Notes: generated by a model from the sequence alone, not told the origin. Positions 32,027-41,354 are shown, counted from the first letter of the stretch. The stretch is DNA of 64,000 nucleotides from Pseudohongiellaceae bacterium (GCA_033721235.1 JAWWAY010000007.1:60731-124730); one strand, 5' to 3'. Program-made: numbers and translations.

Positions 32027-34051
32027 ATGGACAAAACCAAGCACCTTATTTCCCTTCTCTTTTTGGCGTGGGCCTTATTATTTAGCTCACTGGTGCTGGC
32101 GGAGCAAGCTCTTCTGGTTGATGAAGGTATTTTGGTTGAGGTGGATCCAGATCCTGAAGAGCCGGCTTTCAGAGCAAACTATGTGTCGGAAGATGGCTGG
32201 GCGATTACTGGTCAAAATTTCATAGATGCCGTCGTGATGGTTTTCGACTTTGGTGACAGGCAATCCGTGGCCAGCGCGACCTTGTCCTTGCCGCTGGAAG
32301 AATTTATTCCTAATGGCTCTGAGGTCATCTTGGAGCTCGTTTCCTATCCTGATGATGGGATTATCGACATCTACGACTATACGTCGAGCAATTTAATTCC
32401 AGTGTCGGCATTTAACCCGCTCATTATGTCTGGCTATGACCCTAGTGCGACTCTCACCTTTGATGTTACCGGTGCGGTAAATGCTAATCTGCCCTCTAGC
32501 CGTTACGTGGCGTTTCGTATTAAAAATACCATAAACCCAGAAGATGTGAATGATGGTTTTCCTGGGTATAGCGGTGTGAAATTTCAACCACTCTATACTC
32601 TAGAGTTTATAGAAGGTGAGCCAAGTCTTCCCGGCGATAGGCCAAGGTTTAATGGCTCTCTCCTGTCTGTGCCTGAGATAGTAGTCCCAGGCCTAGGGGT
32701 TTTTGATGTTGAAATGGGCTTGATTAATGCGAGTACAGGGCTGTTTTCCTTGCAATCTGCCGTTGATGTGACACCTGGCGGGGTTGTAAGCGGCTCGGGC
32801 CGAACGGGAATGGAGCTTTTGAGCTGTGACGAGTTTACGGCCCCTAGTGCGGCCCAGTCTCTGGCCCCTGGTAAGCCTAGTCTAGACCTAGCTAGCGGGC
32901 GTTTGAGTATTCCTTCGGTGATTTACGATGATATCGAGTACACCTTGGAACTGCAGTTTATTGATGGCACTTCGCCGTTGCTGTTTGGCTTTGTGTCACT
33001 AGAGGAAGCTACCGATGACGGAGCAACCATTGATATTGGGCAGTTCGGTGGAAGTTTGGTAACAGAGCCGACTCAGGATTTTATTCCGCTTTGTAATGGC
33101 TGGGTGCTCATCGGCGACACAACGAATAATACTCTAGTTGAACGCAATGTTGTGACGGGGGAAACGGGAGCTATCTATTCTAGTAATCTCGACACTAAGC
33201 CCAATGAGTTATTATTAGACGAAGAAAATGGTTTGGTTTATCTCAATACCCATCCAGAAACTGAGCGTCTATACAAGATGGATTACAGCACTGGCGAGTT
33301 TAGCTATTATCATCTCGAATATCAGTTTTCGGACTTTTTCTCAAGACACTTTTCGCCTCGTGATATTGCCTTGGGAGAGGACGGAAATTTATTTATCTAT
33401 CTATTCGACCGTCGCTATGTCAAAGAAGCCGGTGATCCGCCAGCTAAACATGGACGATGGATGGGCTTGTTCAATAATATTGGAGAGCCTTTGGCCGAAC
33501 CTATACCAATGCTATTGCCTGAGCGTATCGAATATGATCCTGTTGGGCGTAATGTGATCATGGCAACTGAGTCTAATCTTGTGACTTTCTTATTCGACCC
33601 TGATACTCAAACTTCCACGCCAGCCTTTGGCACCGACATTGTGGTGGGCGCTGGATGTACTGACTTAAGTATCTCTCCGGACGGTGTGCGCCTAGCTTTC
33701 TCTTGTATTGATGGGAATGAGCTGACGCCGCATACTAGTATCGTGGATATGGATCCAGTGGATTATTTGAATGCAGATGGTGAATGGTTGTTGGAGGCGG
33801 GGCCGGTCAGTGCTACCTTCACCAATGACAGCGAAATGCTCATTGCCACGGACAATCAAAAACTCTATTTCTTCGACGCCGAAAGTCACGTGCTATTAGA
33901 AAGTTACAATTTGGGTCTCGAGGAGGGCGAGAGTGTTAAAAAGGTTCGTGTCTCTCGCGATGGTGGATTCGTCTTGCTCTTAATGGAAGCGGATATCTCA
34001 GATACCGCGAGCAAGATTAATTGGCTGCCATTACCGACTTTCGCACCCTAA
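32027..34051 (+). CDS. Secreted hypothetical protein (N-terminal beta-sandwich-like region, internal ~40-aa duplication, C-terminal beta-propeller-like repeats)
   Basis: ATG 32027 gives a classical signal peptide (MDKTKHLISLLFLAWALLFSSLVLA|EQ). There are no catalytic motifs I recognise. The C-terminal half has recurring xDG..(L/V)(F/Y) strands (SPDGVRLAF, SRDGGFVLLL, GEDGNLFIYL). It has its own candidate promoter (TTGAAT 31936-16 nt-CATAAT 31958) and a strong terminator. Confidence 0.6.
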   Translation: MDKTKHLISLLFLAWALLFSSLVLAEQALLVDEGILVEVDPDPEEPAFRANYVSEDGWAITGQNFIDAVVMVFDFGDRQSVASATLSLPLEEFIPNGSEVILELVSYPDDGIIDIYDYTSSNLIPVSAFNPLIMSGYDPSATLTFDVTGAVNANLPSSRYVAFRIKNTINPEDVNDGFPGYSGVKFQPLYTLEFIEGEPSLPGDRPRFNGSLLSVPEIVVPGLGVFDVEMGLINASTGLFSLQSAVDVTPGGVVSGSGRTGMELLSCDEFTAPSAAQSLAPGKPSLDLASGRLSIPSVIYDDIEYTLELQFIDGTSPLLFGFVSLEEATDDGATIDIGQFGGSLVTEPTQDFIPLCNGWVLIGDTTNNTLVERNVVTGETGAIYSSNLDTKPNELLLDEENGLVYLNTHPETERLYKMDYSTGEFSYYHLEYQFSDFFSRHFSPRDIALGEDGNLFIYLFDRRYVKEAGDPPAKHGRWMGLFNNIGEPLAEPIPMLLPERIEYDPVGRNVIMATESNLVTFLFDPDTQTSTPAFGTDIVVGAGCTDLSISPDGVRLAFSCIDGNELTPHTSIVDMDPVDYLNADGEWLLEAGPVSATFTNDSEMLIATDNQKLYFFDAESHVLLESYNLGLEEGESVKKVRVSRDGGFVLLLMEADISDTASKINWLPLPTFAP

Positions 34052-34053
34052 AT

Positions 34054-34084
34054 AAAAAAGAGAGCCTTGAGCTCTCTTTTTTTT
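34054..34084. terminator. Bidirectional rho-independent terminator
   Basis: AAAAAAGAGAGC-cttga-GCTCTCTTTTTTTT has an 8-bp stem flanked by an A-run and a T-run. It lies between the convergent 32027-34051 gene and yacG. Confidence 0.85.
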
Positions 34085-34100
34085 GCGTAATTCTAGGCCT

Positions 34101-34295
34101 TTAGAATTCGTCTTCATCGTCTGGGTATTTGTTTACGGGCTCGCCCGGAATGCTGTGACGCTCACTAGCCCAGTCGCCAAAATCGATTAGCTTACAGCGT
34201 TCGGAGCAGAAGGGGCGGTACTTGCTCTCCTCGGTCCATGGCACAATCTCTTCGCACTGTGGGCAATTTACTTTGAGTTTACTCTTGCTCGTCAT
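34101..34295 (-). CDS. yacG: DNA gyrase inhibitor YacG (zinc finger)
   Basis: 64 aa with CPQC...[13 protein letters not shown], the YacG zinc-ribbon signature. It is downstream of coaE. Confidence 0.9.
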   Translation of the reverse strand: MTSKSKLKVNCPQCEEIVPWTEESKYRPFCSERCKLIDFGDWASERHSIPGEPVNKYPDDEDEF

Positions 34296-34926
34296 GACTT
34301 CTTTTCTCTGCTAAATCTATGTATTTTTGGTGTAGCTCTTTGACGCTACACTCTAGGTGCCTAAGGTCTTTATCGTTCACAATAATATCATCAGCCTGTT
34401 TGCGTCGCTGCTCTCTTGAGAATTGACTTCGCATGATGGCTTCTACCGATTGTTCGTCCACGCCGTCGCGGGCACTTGTTCTCGTCAGTTGCAGTTCTTC
34501 TGGCGCATCGATCAATACAATGCGATTGACCATTTTTGCTTGATCTGTCTCCAGCAATAGAGGCGAAGATAAAATGACATAAGGGGACTTGGCTTGCAGC
34601 AGTCTCTTCTCAGTTTCTTGCCTAATGAGTGGGTGGAGCAAGGATTCCAGCCAGCGCTTTTCCTCCGCGTTTGAGAATACAAGTTTGCGTAGTTCGCCGC
34701 GATTGAGAGAACCATCGTCATTAATGACTAGGCCGCCAAAGTGTTCTTGAATTCTTCTTATTGCTACCGTGCCGGGTTCTACGACTACACGAGAGAGTAT
34801 ATCGGCGTCGACTACTTCGATACCGAGTGTTTCGAAGATGGCGGTGGCAGCACTCTTGCCGCTACCAATGCCGCCTGTTAGGCCTATCACCAATGGCGGT
34901 TTGTGTTGGGTCTCACTTGCCATCAT
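34279..34926 (-). CDS. coaE: Dephospho-CoA kinase
   Basis: P-loop [11 protein letters not shown]. The ORF-track start at 34971 was trimmed to ATG 34926, which forms a TAATG overlap with the pilD stop. Confidence 0.92.
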   Translation of the reverse strand: MMASETQHKPPLVIGLTGGIGSGKSAATAIFETLGIEVVDADILSRVVVEPGTVAIRRIQEHFGGLVINDDGSLNRGELRKLVFSNAEEKRWLESLLHPLIRQETEKRLLQAKSPYVILSSPLLLETDQAKMVNRIVLIDAPEELQLTRTSARDGVDEQSVEAIMRSQFSREQRRKQADDIIVNDKDLRHLECSVKELHQKYIDLAEKRSHDEQE

Positions 34927-35822
34927 TAGGACAGTAACTGCAGATAAGATTGAGTTAATGGCTCTCCCCAAATCAGCGCGATATAGCCTGCACCAGCTAG
35001 ATACGGCCCGAAGGGAATGGGGATATTACGATCACGCCCGCGCAGCACAATTAAGCCTATACCGACAACGGCACCCACTAGCGACGATAATATGACTACC
35101 AATAAAAGGCTTTGCCAACCCATCCATGCGCCGAATACGGCAAGTAGTTTAAAGTCTCCATAACCCATGCCTTCTTTGCCAGTCAGTAACTTAAAAACCC
35201 AATAGATAGACCATAGGGATAGGTAGCCTGCCGCGGCGCCAATAATAGAGTCGGCGGTGCTGACATTGGGGATGAGGCCTAAGGCGGCCAGCACCAGGCC
35301 AAGCCACAATAGAGGGAGAGTAATACTATCCGGCAGTAGTTGATGATCGAAGTCGATCATAGTGAGTGCGACCAGGCACCAAGTCAAAATCATTGCTGCC
35401 ACGCTGAACCAAGACGCTTCAATATGCCAGGCCACAACTGCCGTTAAGACACCTGTAACTAATTCGATAATGGGATAGCGCGGTGATATTTTAGCTTTGC
35501 ATTTACCACATTTACCGCCTAAGAAGGCATAGCTGACAAGAGGAATATTCTGCCAGGCCCTGACGGGCGCCTTGCACTGAGGGCAATGGGAATCGGGTTT
35601 GACTAGGTTAAAGGTCTTGAACTTGGCAGTTGCGTCATTCTTGCGGTACTTCTTTTCGTCTAACTCCAAGTATTCGCAGCACTGTAGACGCCACTCTCTC
35701 TTCATCATCAAGGGAAGGCGGTAGATCACGACATTTAGAAAGCTGCCTACCATCAAGCCAAGGACTAGTGCTGTCATGATGTAGACCAAGGGCACTTCTA
35801 ATATCAAATCTAATAATTGCAT
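34926..35822 (-). CDS. pilD: Prepilin peptidase / N-methyltransferase PilD
   Basis: 298-aa polytopic protein with a Cys-rich cytoplasmic loop (CPQC...CGKC) and the A24 peptidase motif GMGYGDFKLL. Confidence 0.95.
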   Translation of the reverse strand: MQLLDLILEVPLVYIMTALVLGLMVGSFLNVVIYRLPLMMKREWRLQCCEYLELDEKKYRKNDATAKFKTFNLVKPDSHCPQCKAPVRAWQNIPLVSYAFLGGKCGKCKAKISPRYPIIELVTGVLTAVVAWHIEASWFSVAAMILTWCLVALTMIDFDHQLLPDSITLPLLWLGLVLAALGLIPNVSTADSIIGAAAGYLSLWSIYWVFKLLTGKEGMGYGDFKLLAVFGAWMGWQSLLLVVILSSLVGAVVGIGLIVLRGRDRNIPIPFGPYLAGAGYIALIWGEPLTQSYLQLLS

Positions 35823-35888
35823 GCAGTTTCCGCTTTGTATTTCTTCTTGGCTGGGCTCCGATAGTGTACACGAAGTCTATGGAGACCT

Positions 35889-37118
35889 TTACACCACCTG
35901 ACCCAATTGGAAGATAGGAAGATACATGGCAATCATTAAGCCGCCTATTAGTGTGCCCAAAACGGACATGATTAAGGGCTCCATTAGAGCGGTTAGGCCG
36001 TCAACAGCGTTGTCTACCTCTGCCTCGTAGTAGGTGGCACACTTGTCTAGCATGCCATCGAGTGCGCCAGATTCCTCACCAATGCCCACCATCTGCGTAA
36101 TCATTACGGGGAATAGGCCCGTGGTGCGGATGGCGAAATTGAGTTGTTGACCGGAGCTAACATCGTCTTGAATTTTCTTGGTAGCCGAGTAGTACACAAT
36201 ATTACCGGTGGCTCCCGCAACCGAGTCCAGTGCATCCACCAAGGGCACACCGGCGGCGAAGGTGGTAGATAGCGTGCGAGTGAAACGTGCGTAACAGGAT
36301 TTTTCTATAATTGGGCCGACAATGGGAAGCTTCAATGAGGCTCTATCGATAGCATCAGCGAAGCCTTTGGAGCGCACGCGAGCTTCCTTGAAGGCATAAC
36401 CCGCTATGCCTAAACCAATGACTACCTTCCACCAATGGGCTATAGCGATGTCAGATAGGCCGAGTACAAACAGAGTGAATGCGGGCAGGTCGGCGCCGAA
36501 GCTGCCAAAGGTTTCCGCAAACTGCGGCACCACCTTTACCAATAGAATGCCGGTTACGATAAGAGCGACCAGAACAACGGCAATTGGGTAGTTCATGGCC
36601 TTTTTGATTTTTGATTTTAGCGCTTCGGTTTTTTCCTTATAGGTGGCGACCCTATCGAGCATGGTTTCTAAGGCGCCGGACTGTTCGCCGGACTCAACTA
36701 GGTTACAGAACAATTCGTCGAAATAGCGCGGATGCTTGCGAATGGAGTCGGCAAAATTATTACCAGCGGCAACATCGTCGCGTACATTGCGGACAAGCTC
36801 TGCCATAGAGGCGTTCTCTAGGCTATCGCCTACAATCTCGAAAGATTGCACCAGCGGGATACCCGCCTTCATCATGGTGGCTAGTTGCCGGGCAAATATC
36901 GCAATATCGCTTGGCGTGATTTTTTGTTTTCGCTCACCGAAAATCTGTTTTGGTTTCTTCCTAACTTTGGTAGCGGTAACACCCTGTTTTCGCAGTTGCG
37001 CCTTCACCAAAGCTTGGCTCGCGCCTGGAATCTCACCCTTAACCTTTTTTCCGCCCTTGTCTGTTCCCTGCCAGAGGAAAATGGTTTGACCTGCATTTGC
37101 GGATGCTTGTGTTGCCAT
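35889..37118 (-). CDS. pilC: Type IV pilus platform protein PilC (GspF family)
   Basis: It has two GspF repeats and 3 TM segments. The ORF-track TTG 37130 was replaced by ATG 37118, which is preceded by GAGG. Confidence 0.93.
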   Translation of the reverse strand: MATQASANAGQTIFLWQGTDKGGKKVKGEIPGASQALVKAQLRKQGVTATKVRKKPKQIFGERKQKITPSDIAIFARQLATMMKAGIPLVQSFEIVGDSLENASMAELVRNVRDDVAAGNNFADSIRKHPRYFDELFCNLVESGEQSGALETMLDRVATYKEKTEALKSKIKKAMNYPIAVVLVALIVTGILLVKVVPQFAETFGSFGADLPAFTLFVLGLSDIAIAHWWKVVIGLGIAGYAFKEARVRSKGFADAIDRASLKLPIVGPIIEKSCYARFTRTLSTTFAAGVPLVDALDSVAGATGNIVYYSATKKIQDDVSSGQQLNFAIRTTGLFPVMITQMVGIGEESGALDGMLDKCATYYEAEVDNAVDGLTALMEPLIMSVLGTLIGGLMIAMYLPIFQLGQVV

Positions 37119-37173
37119 GTTGTGCCTCAATCTAGACTTATTACGCTACACGATTGCGCCATTGTAGTGGCTA

Positions 37174-38874
37174 TTATGTCACTCGGTTGGCTTCTTCTAA
37201 ACTGGTTAAGCCCTTAGCCACTTTGACTAAGGCGGATTGGCGCAGATTATTGAAGCCATCTTTTTGAGCCTGGTCTGCTATTTCAATGGAGTTGCCATCG
37301 TTCATGATAATACGGGAAATACCATCAGTAATAGGAACTACTTCATATATTCCGACACGCCCTTTATAGCCGTCGTTGCATGCGTCGCAGCCTTTTGGCC
37401 CGTACACGGTCAGGTCTTTGGCTTCGTCTTCGCTAAAGCCAGCTTCTACGAGCGCATTGATGGGGAGCTCTAACTTGACCTTACAGTGATTGCACAGGCG
37501 TCGACACAGTCTTTGAGCGATGATAAGCGATACGGAGGTGGCCAGGTTGAAGGCAGGAATGCCCATATTACGCAGACGCGTAAGGGTTTCTGGCGCACTA
37601 TTAGTATGTAGTGTCGACATCACCATATGGCCGGTTTGTGAGGCCTTGATGGCGATCTCGGCAGTCTCCAAATCCCGTATTTCACCCACCATAATGACGT
37701 CTGGGTCTTGACGCAAGAAAGCTCGCAGCGCGGTGGCAAAGGTAAAGCCGATGCGGGCGTTGACCGGCACTTGGTTAATTCCCTCAAGGTTAATCTCCAC
37801 GGGGTCTTCCGCGGTGGAAATATTGGTTTCGGGTGTATTGAGGATATTCAGGCCGGTATAAAGTGAGACTGTTTTACCGCTACCCGTGGGGCCCGTCACT
37901 AGAATTAAACCTTGGCTTTGGTGCAAGGCGTGCATATAGAATGCTTTTTGGTCATCCTCGTAACCGAGGGCGTCAATCCCCATTTGGGCACTGCTAGGGT
38001 CTAGTATCCGTAGCACAATTTTCTCACCCCAAATGGTGGGTAGGGTATTGACCCTGAAGTCGATGGCTCGAGTACGAGATATCTTCATTTTGATACGACC
38101 GTCTTGCGGTAGGCGTCGTTCAGCGATATCCATTTGGGACATGATCTTTAATCGCGAGGCGATTCTACTGGCCACCGACAGGGGAGGAGTGGCAATTTCC
38201 TTTAATATGCCATCGGTTCTAAAACGAATGCGGTAGCTCTTTTCATAGGGTTCCACATGTATATCTGAAGCGCCGGTTCTTATTGCGTCCAGTAAGACCT
38301 TATTGACGAACTTAACGATAGGGGTTTCGTCGAGGGCATCGTCAAGCTCCTCTTCCTTTAGCCCTGTTTCTTGCAGCTCTATGTCTAGGCCTTCAAGGTC
38401 AGAATCATCGAGCATGCCTAGCAGCGAGTCACCGCCTTCCAATTGCTCGAGAACCTTGTCTATGGCCGGCGAGAGCTTGTTCTCATCGACGATGATAACG
38501 TCCGTGCTGAGGCCGGTATGAAACTTTACTTCATCAAAGGCGCTCATATTGGTCGGGTCAGCGACAGCTAGATAGAGCCTATTGCCACGCTTGTACAAGG
38601 GTAATACACGATGCTTGCGCAAGAGCTTAGGGTCTACCAAGTCACTCGGGCAAAGCTGGAGATCGAAAGAGTTGAGATCAAGAAGCGGAGCGCCAAACTC
38701 TTCTGATGCCGATTGCGCAATGTGAGCGCTATCGGCTAGCTTGTTCTTGACCAAATGCGTCACAAAAGGAGTCTTCTCGCGTTTAGCGGTGGCGAGCGCC
38801 TTCTCGGCCTCTGCCTGAGTAAGAAGACTATCTGTGACCAGTCGCTTGGCTAAGCCGCTTATCGTTGTCTGCAT
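37174..38874 (-). CDS. pilB: Type IV pilus assembly ATPase PilB
   Basis: 566 aa with Walker A GPTGSGKT, Asp box, Walker B (MVGEIRD), His box and a tetracysteine motif (CxxC...CxxC). Confidence 0.96.
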   Translation of the reverse strand: MQTTISGLAKRLVTDSLLTQAEAEKALATAKREKTPFVTHLVKNKLADSAHIAQSASEEFGAPLLDLNSFDLQLCPSDLVDPKLLRKHRVLPLYKRGNRLYLAVADPTNMSAFDEVKFHTGLSTDVIIVDENKLSPAIDKVLEQLEGGDSLLGMLDDSDLEGLDIELQETGLKEEELDDALDETPIVKFVNKVLLDAIRTGASDIHVEPYEKSYRIRFRTDGILKEIATPPLSVASRIASRLKIMSQMDIAERRLPQDGRIKMKISRTRAIDFRVNTLPTIWGEKIVLRILDPSSAQMGIDALGYEDDQKAFYMHALHQSQGLILVTGPTGSGKTVSLYTGLNILNTPETNISTAEDPVEINLEGINQVPVNARIGFTFATALRAFLRQDPDVIMVGEIRDLETAEIAIKASQTGHMVMSTLHTNSAPETLTRLRNMGIPAFNLATSVSLIIAQRLCRRLCNHCKVKLELPINALVEAGFSEDEAKDLTVYGPKGCDACNDGYKGRVGIYEVVPITDGISRIIMNDGNSIEIADQAQKDGFNNLRQSALVKVAKGLTSLEEANRVT

Positions 38875-39057
38875 TTTATTAATTATCGTGCCTTAGGCCT
38901 TAGAGTTTAGTCATAGTATAGATTAAAGCACTGTTCCAAGGTAATAAACTGCTTCTTAATAGCCGCTACCCGTCAAGCAATGACAGAGTGTTATGGAGAG
39001 GTGTGTTTAGTAAAGGAATGACCTTGTGGGTAGCTTGGCGACAAATTGCGCCTGTAA

Positions 39058-39074
39058 CTGACAAAATTTGTCAG
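39058..39074. promoter_or_regulatory. Perfect 8+1+8 palindrome CTGACAAA-A-TTTGTCAG: candidate enhancer (PilR-type TGTC sites)
   Basis: This exact inverted repeat lies 120-136 bp upstream of the sigma54-like element. A further GACAAA half-site is at 39040-39045. Confidence 0.35.
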
Positions 39075-39152
39075 TGCGTGGGTTTGGTGTTCTGTGAACG
39101 AGTTAACAGTTGGATTTTTGTGATTTTTTGAATAAAAAAATAATATCTTTAG

Positions 39153-39165
39153 AATCAGTTGCTTA
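39153..39165 (+). promoter_or_regulatory. IHF-consensus-like site AATCAGTTGCTTA (WATCARNNNNTTR)
   Basis: It matches the IHF consensus at every defined position, is embedded in an A/T-rich tract, and sits between the palindrome and the -24/-12 element. Confidence 0.35.
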
Positions 39166-39193
39166 GGTTTTTCTTGAGGTGATTTTTGGAAGT

Positions 39194-39209
39194 TGGCACA
39201 ACATATGTA
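39194..39209 (+). promoter_or_regulatory. Candidate sigma54 (-24/-12) promoter of pilA: TGGCAC-N5-ATGTA
   Basis: The -24 element TGGCAC is perfect. The -12 element has TG at the correct spacing but T instead of the consensus C (ATGT vs TTGC). It lies about 100 nt upstream of the pilA ATG. pilA is sigma54/PilR dependent in Pseudomonas. Confidence 0.35.
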
Positions 39210-39311
39210 CTATCCAAACCAACTGAAACGAATTTCAGGTAGTGATTTAAATGGGCCGCAGCAAGGCCGCAAAAGATTGACACGTTAAAATAACCCCCTA
39301 GGAGATATGAA

Positions 39312-39722
39312 ATGAAACAAGCGACTTCACAAAAAGGTTTTACATTGATCGAATTGATGATCGTGGTAGCAATTATCGGCATCTTGGCCGCTGTGGCACT
39401 ACCTGCTTATCAAACTTACACGCAACGTGCGGCGTTCTCAGAAGTGGTGCTGGCTACTACACCGTATAAGAGCGCATTCGAGGTAGCGGCGCAAACTGGT
39501 CGTATCACTACATTAGTGGGCACTGACTCAGGCGCAAACGGTATCCCAGCCGACGCAGTTGCGTCAGGCGTTGTTGCATCTGTTGTCATGGATGAAGGTG
39601 TCATTACAGCGACAGGAACCGCTGATGTTGGTGGCTATACATACACGTTAACGCCAGACGATACAACTGCACCTATCCAGTGGACTGAAGGTGGTACTTG
39701 CCAAGCAGCTGGTGTGTGCTAG
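39312..39722 (+). CDS. pilA: Type IVa major pilin PilA
   Basis: Class III signal MKQATSQKG|[25 protein letters not shown], with a C-terminal Cys pair (C..AAGVC). It has a strong RBS (AGGAG) and biased codon usage, and is divergent from pilB. Confidence 0.93.
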   Translation: MKQATSQKGFTLIELMIVVAIIGILAAVALPAYQTYTQRAAFSEVVLATTPYKSAFEVAAQTGRITTLVGTDSGANGIPADAVASGVVASVVMDEGVITATGTADVGGYTYTLTPDDTTAPIQWTEGGTCQAAGVC

Positions 39723-39745
39723 TAGAGCGATCATAATATGCTTTA

Positions 39746-39771
39746 ATTGGCGCGCTCTAGGGCGCGCCAAT
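39746..39771 (+). terminator. GC-rich hairpin downstream of pilA (ATTGGCGCGC-tctagg-GCGCGCCAAT)
   Basis: Perfect 10-bp stem 24 nt after the pilA stop. No clear U-tract follows, so it may be a partial terminator or an RNA-stabilising hairpin. Confidence 0.45.
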
Positions 39772-39939
39772 CACTTTAAGGCTGCATAGTTTACTGATTA
39801 GTGAGAACAGGACTCGTCGAACTCACTTAAAATTAACAACGACGATGTTTTGAGTTAGTGGCTATGGTTTGGGCTTCTAACAAACTCATAGTTTATAATA
39901 GTGAAAAAATTCTCCCAAATAAATTTAGAGGCTCTTGCC

Positions 39940-40350
39940 ATGCGCTTATCAGCAGATCGCCATAAAGGTTTTACACTGATCGAGTTGATGATAGTGGTTG
40001 CCATTATTGGTATTTTGGCTTCGGTAGCCCTTCCCGCCTATCAGACTTATACGATGCGAGCGCGTTTTTCTGAAGTAATTTTGGCGACAACTCCCTTTAA
40101 GACAGCCTTAGGCTTGGCTATTCAAAGTGGCAGAATTACCACGTTGGTAGGTGCTGATGCAGGGACTCAGGGAATTCCTCCCGCACTTGGCGCTAGTGGT
40201 TGGTTAGCATCCGCGACGGTGGATGAGGGCGTGATTATTGCCACGGGCACTGCAGATGTTGACAACCATACGTATACTTTAACTCCGTCGCTTGCAGCTC
40301 CTATTCAGTGGACTGAAGGTGGGACTTGCATCAATATCGGCCTATGTTAA
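39940..40350 (+). CDS. Second type IVa pilin (PilA paralogue)
   Basis: Leader [10 protein letters not shown]|[25 protein letters not shown]. It is collinear with PilA along its whole length, including the C-terminal [10 protein letters not shown] motif. The ORF-track GTG 39901 was trimmed to ATG 39940. Confidence 0.85.
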   Translation: MRLSADRHKGFTLIELMIVVAIIGILASVALPAYQTYTMRARFSEVILATTPFKTALGLAIQSGRITTLVGADAGTQGIPPALGASGWLASATVDEGVIIATGTADVDNHTYTLTPSLAAPIQWTEGGTCINIGLC

Positions 40351-40392
40351 TTAATTCGATTTATTAGTGGTTAATGCTTGAGGTGTAACTGA

Positions 40393-41169
40393 GTGTTGGC
40401 GCTTTCTAGTCTTTCCCAGTCTCGTTTTTCTGCTGCTTTTGCTCACTTCTTATTTAGTGTCGCTGTTTTTACCCTCTTTGTTGGCGTCTTGATATTCTTC
40501 TGGTTCCCCAACCCCTATTTCTCTGCTTCCGGTGGTTGGCAGGGCTTACGAATAGTCGCTGCGGTTGATTTGGTCTTGGGCCCACTTATAACCCTCATTA
40601 TTTTTAATTCCAAGAAATCACGCCGTGAACTCTCATTCGATATTGGGGTCGTTGTGCTGATTCAGTTGTCCGCCTTGCTGTGGGGGATTAAGTCTGTCTA
40701 TGAGCAGCGGCCAGTGGCAGTTGCCTTTATGGATAGCAGTTTCTATACCGTGCCCGCATCTGCCCTGAGCCAGCAAGGCTTCAATCTTGCTGAATTAGAT
40801 GAGTTCGGTGAGGACAGGCCTGTCTTTGTCTATATTGAGCGTCCATACGAAGGTGCTGATTTAGAGCGTTTTGTAGAGATGGTGGAAGAGGAAGGGGTGC
40901 CTCCCCACGAGCAGCCCTGGTTATACCGGCCTATGGCAGATAACTTCGATCGCATTAGAAATGCTAATCTGGATATTGACGAGATCGTGTCGGTAAATGC
41001 TGCAATGAAGGCCGATTTAGAGGACTTGCTGGAGGCGAGCGGAACGTCCCTCCATGATAATTTTTATATAGCGCTGACCTCTAGGTATCGGAATGTCGTC
41101 CTCGTGTTTGACCCCCAAGCTAGGCTGCTTGGTTATGTGAATGCGCCTTATAAGAAAGGCGAAGTATAG
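40393..41169 (+). CDS. Membrane protein, probable type IV pilin accessory protein (TfpY/TfpZ/FimB-like)
   Basis: 258 aa with a GTG start after GAGGTG and 3-4 N-terminal TM helices (FWFPNPYF..., VDLVLGPLITLIIF). It lies immediately downstream of the pilin genes, where Pseudomonas group III/V strains and Dichelobacter carry accessory genes. The homology is recalled, not verified. Confidence 0.5.
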   Translation: MLALSSLSQSRFSAAFAHFLFSVAVFTLFVGVLIFFWFPNPYFSASGGWQGLRIVAAVDLVLGPLITLIIFNSKKSRRELSFDIGVVVLIQLSALLWGIKSVYEQRPVAVAFMDSSFYTVPASALSQQGFNLAELDEFGEDRPVFVYIERPYEGADLERFVEMVEEEGVPPHEQPWLYRPMADNFDRIRNANLDIDEIVSVNAAMKADLEDLLEASGTSLHDNFYIALTSRYRNVVLVFDPQARLLGYVNAPYKKGEV

Positions 41170-41354
41170 GATTGTAGCGCCTAGCGCCCATCTTGATTAA
41201 TACCCCTAGGTGGTTTATGGTAGCCGGCTTTTACTCATTCACAGCCGGGGAATGATCGGGCGCCTGTTCAGGTATGGTTCAGCCTGACTTGTTAAGATTA
41301 GAACTGTGAAAAACTTGAATTTGATGCACTGTGTTGAGTGCTGGAGTACATGAA

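Noticed and set aside
39855-39880. Second sigma54 promoter for the downstream pilin (TGGCTATGGTTTGGGC)
   Set aside because: The GG/GC spacing does not fit the -24/-12 consensus, since the G and C do not fall at the required positions.
41170-41354. Searched the pilA-nadC interval for the tRNA present at this locus in Pseudomonas
   Set aside because: No T-loop (GTTCGAATC-like) or acceptor-stem pairing was found by eye in any intergenic segment of 39.7-42.5 kb. A tRNAscan-SE run is still worthwhile.
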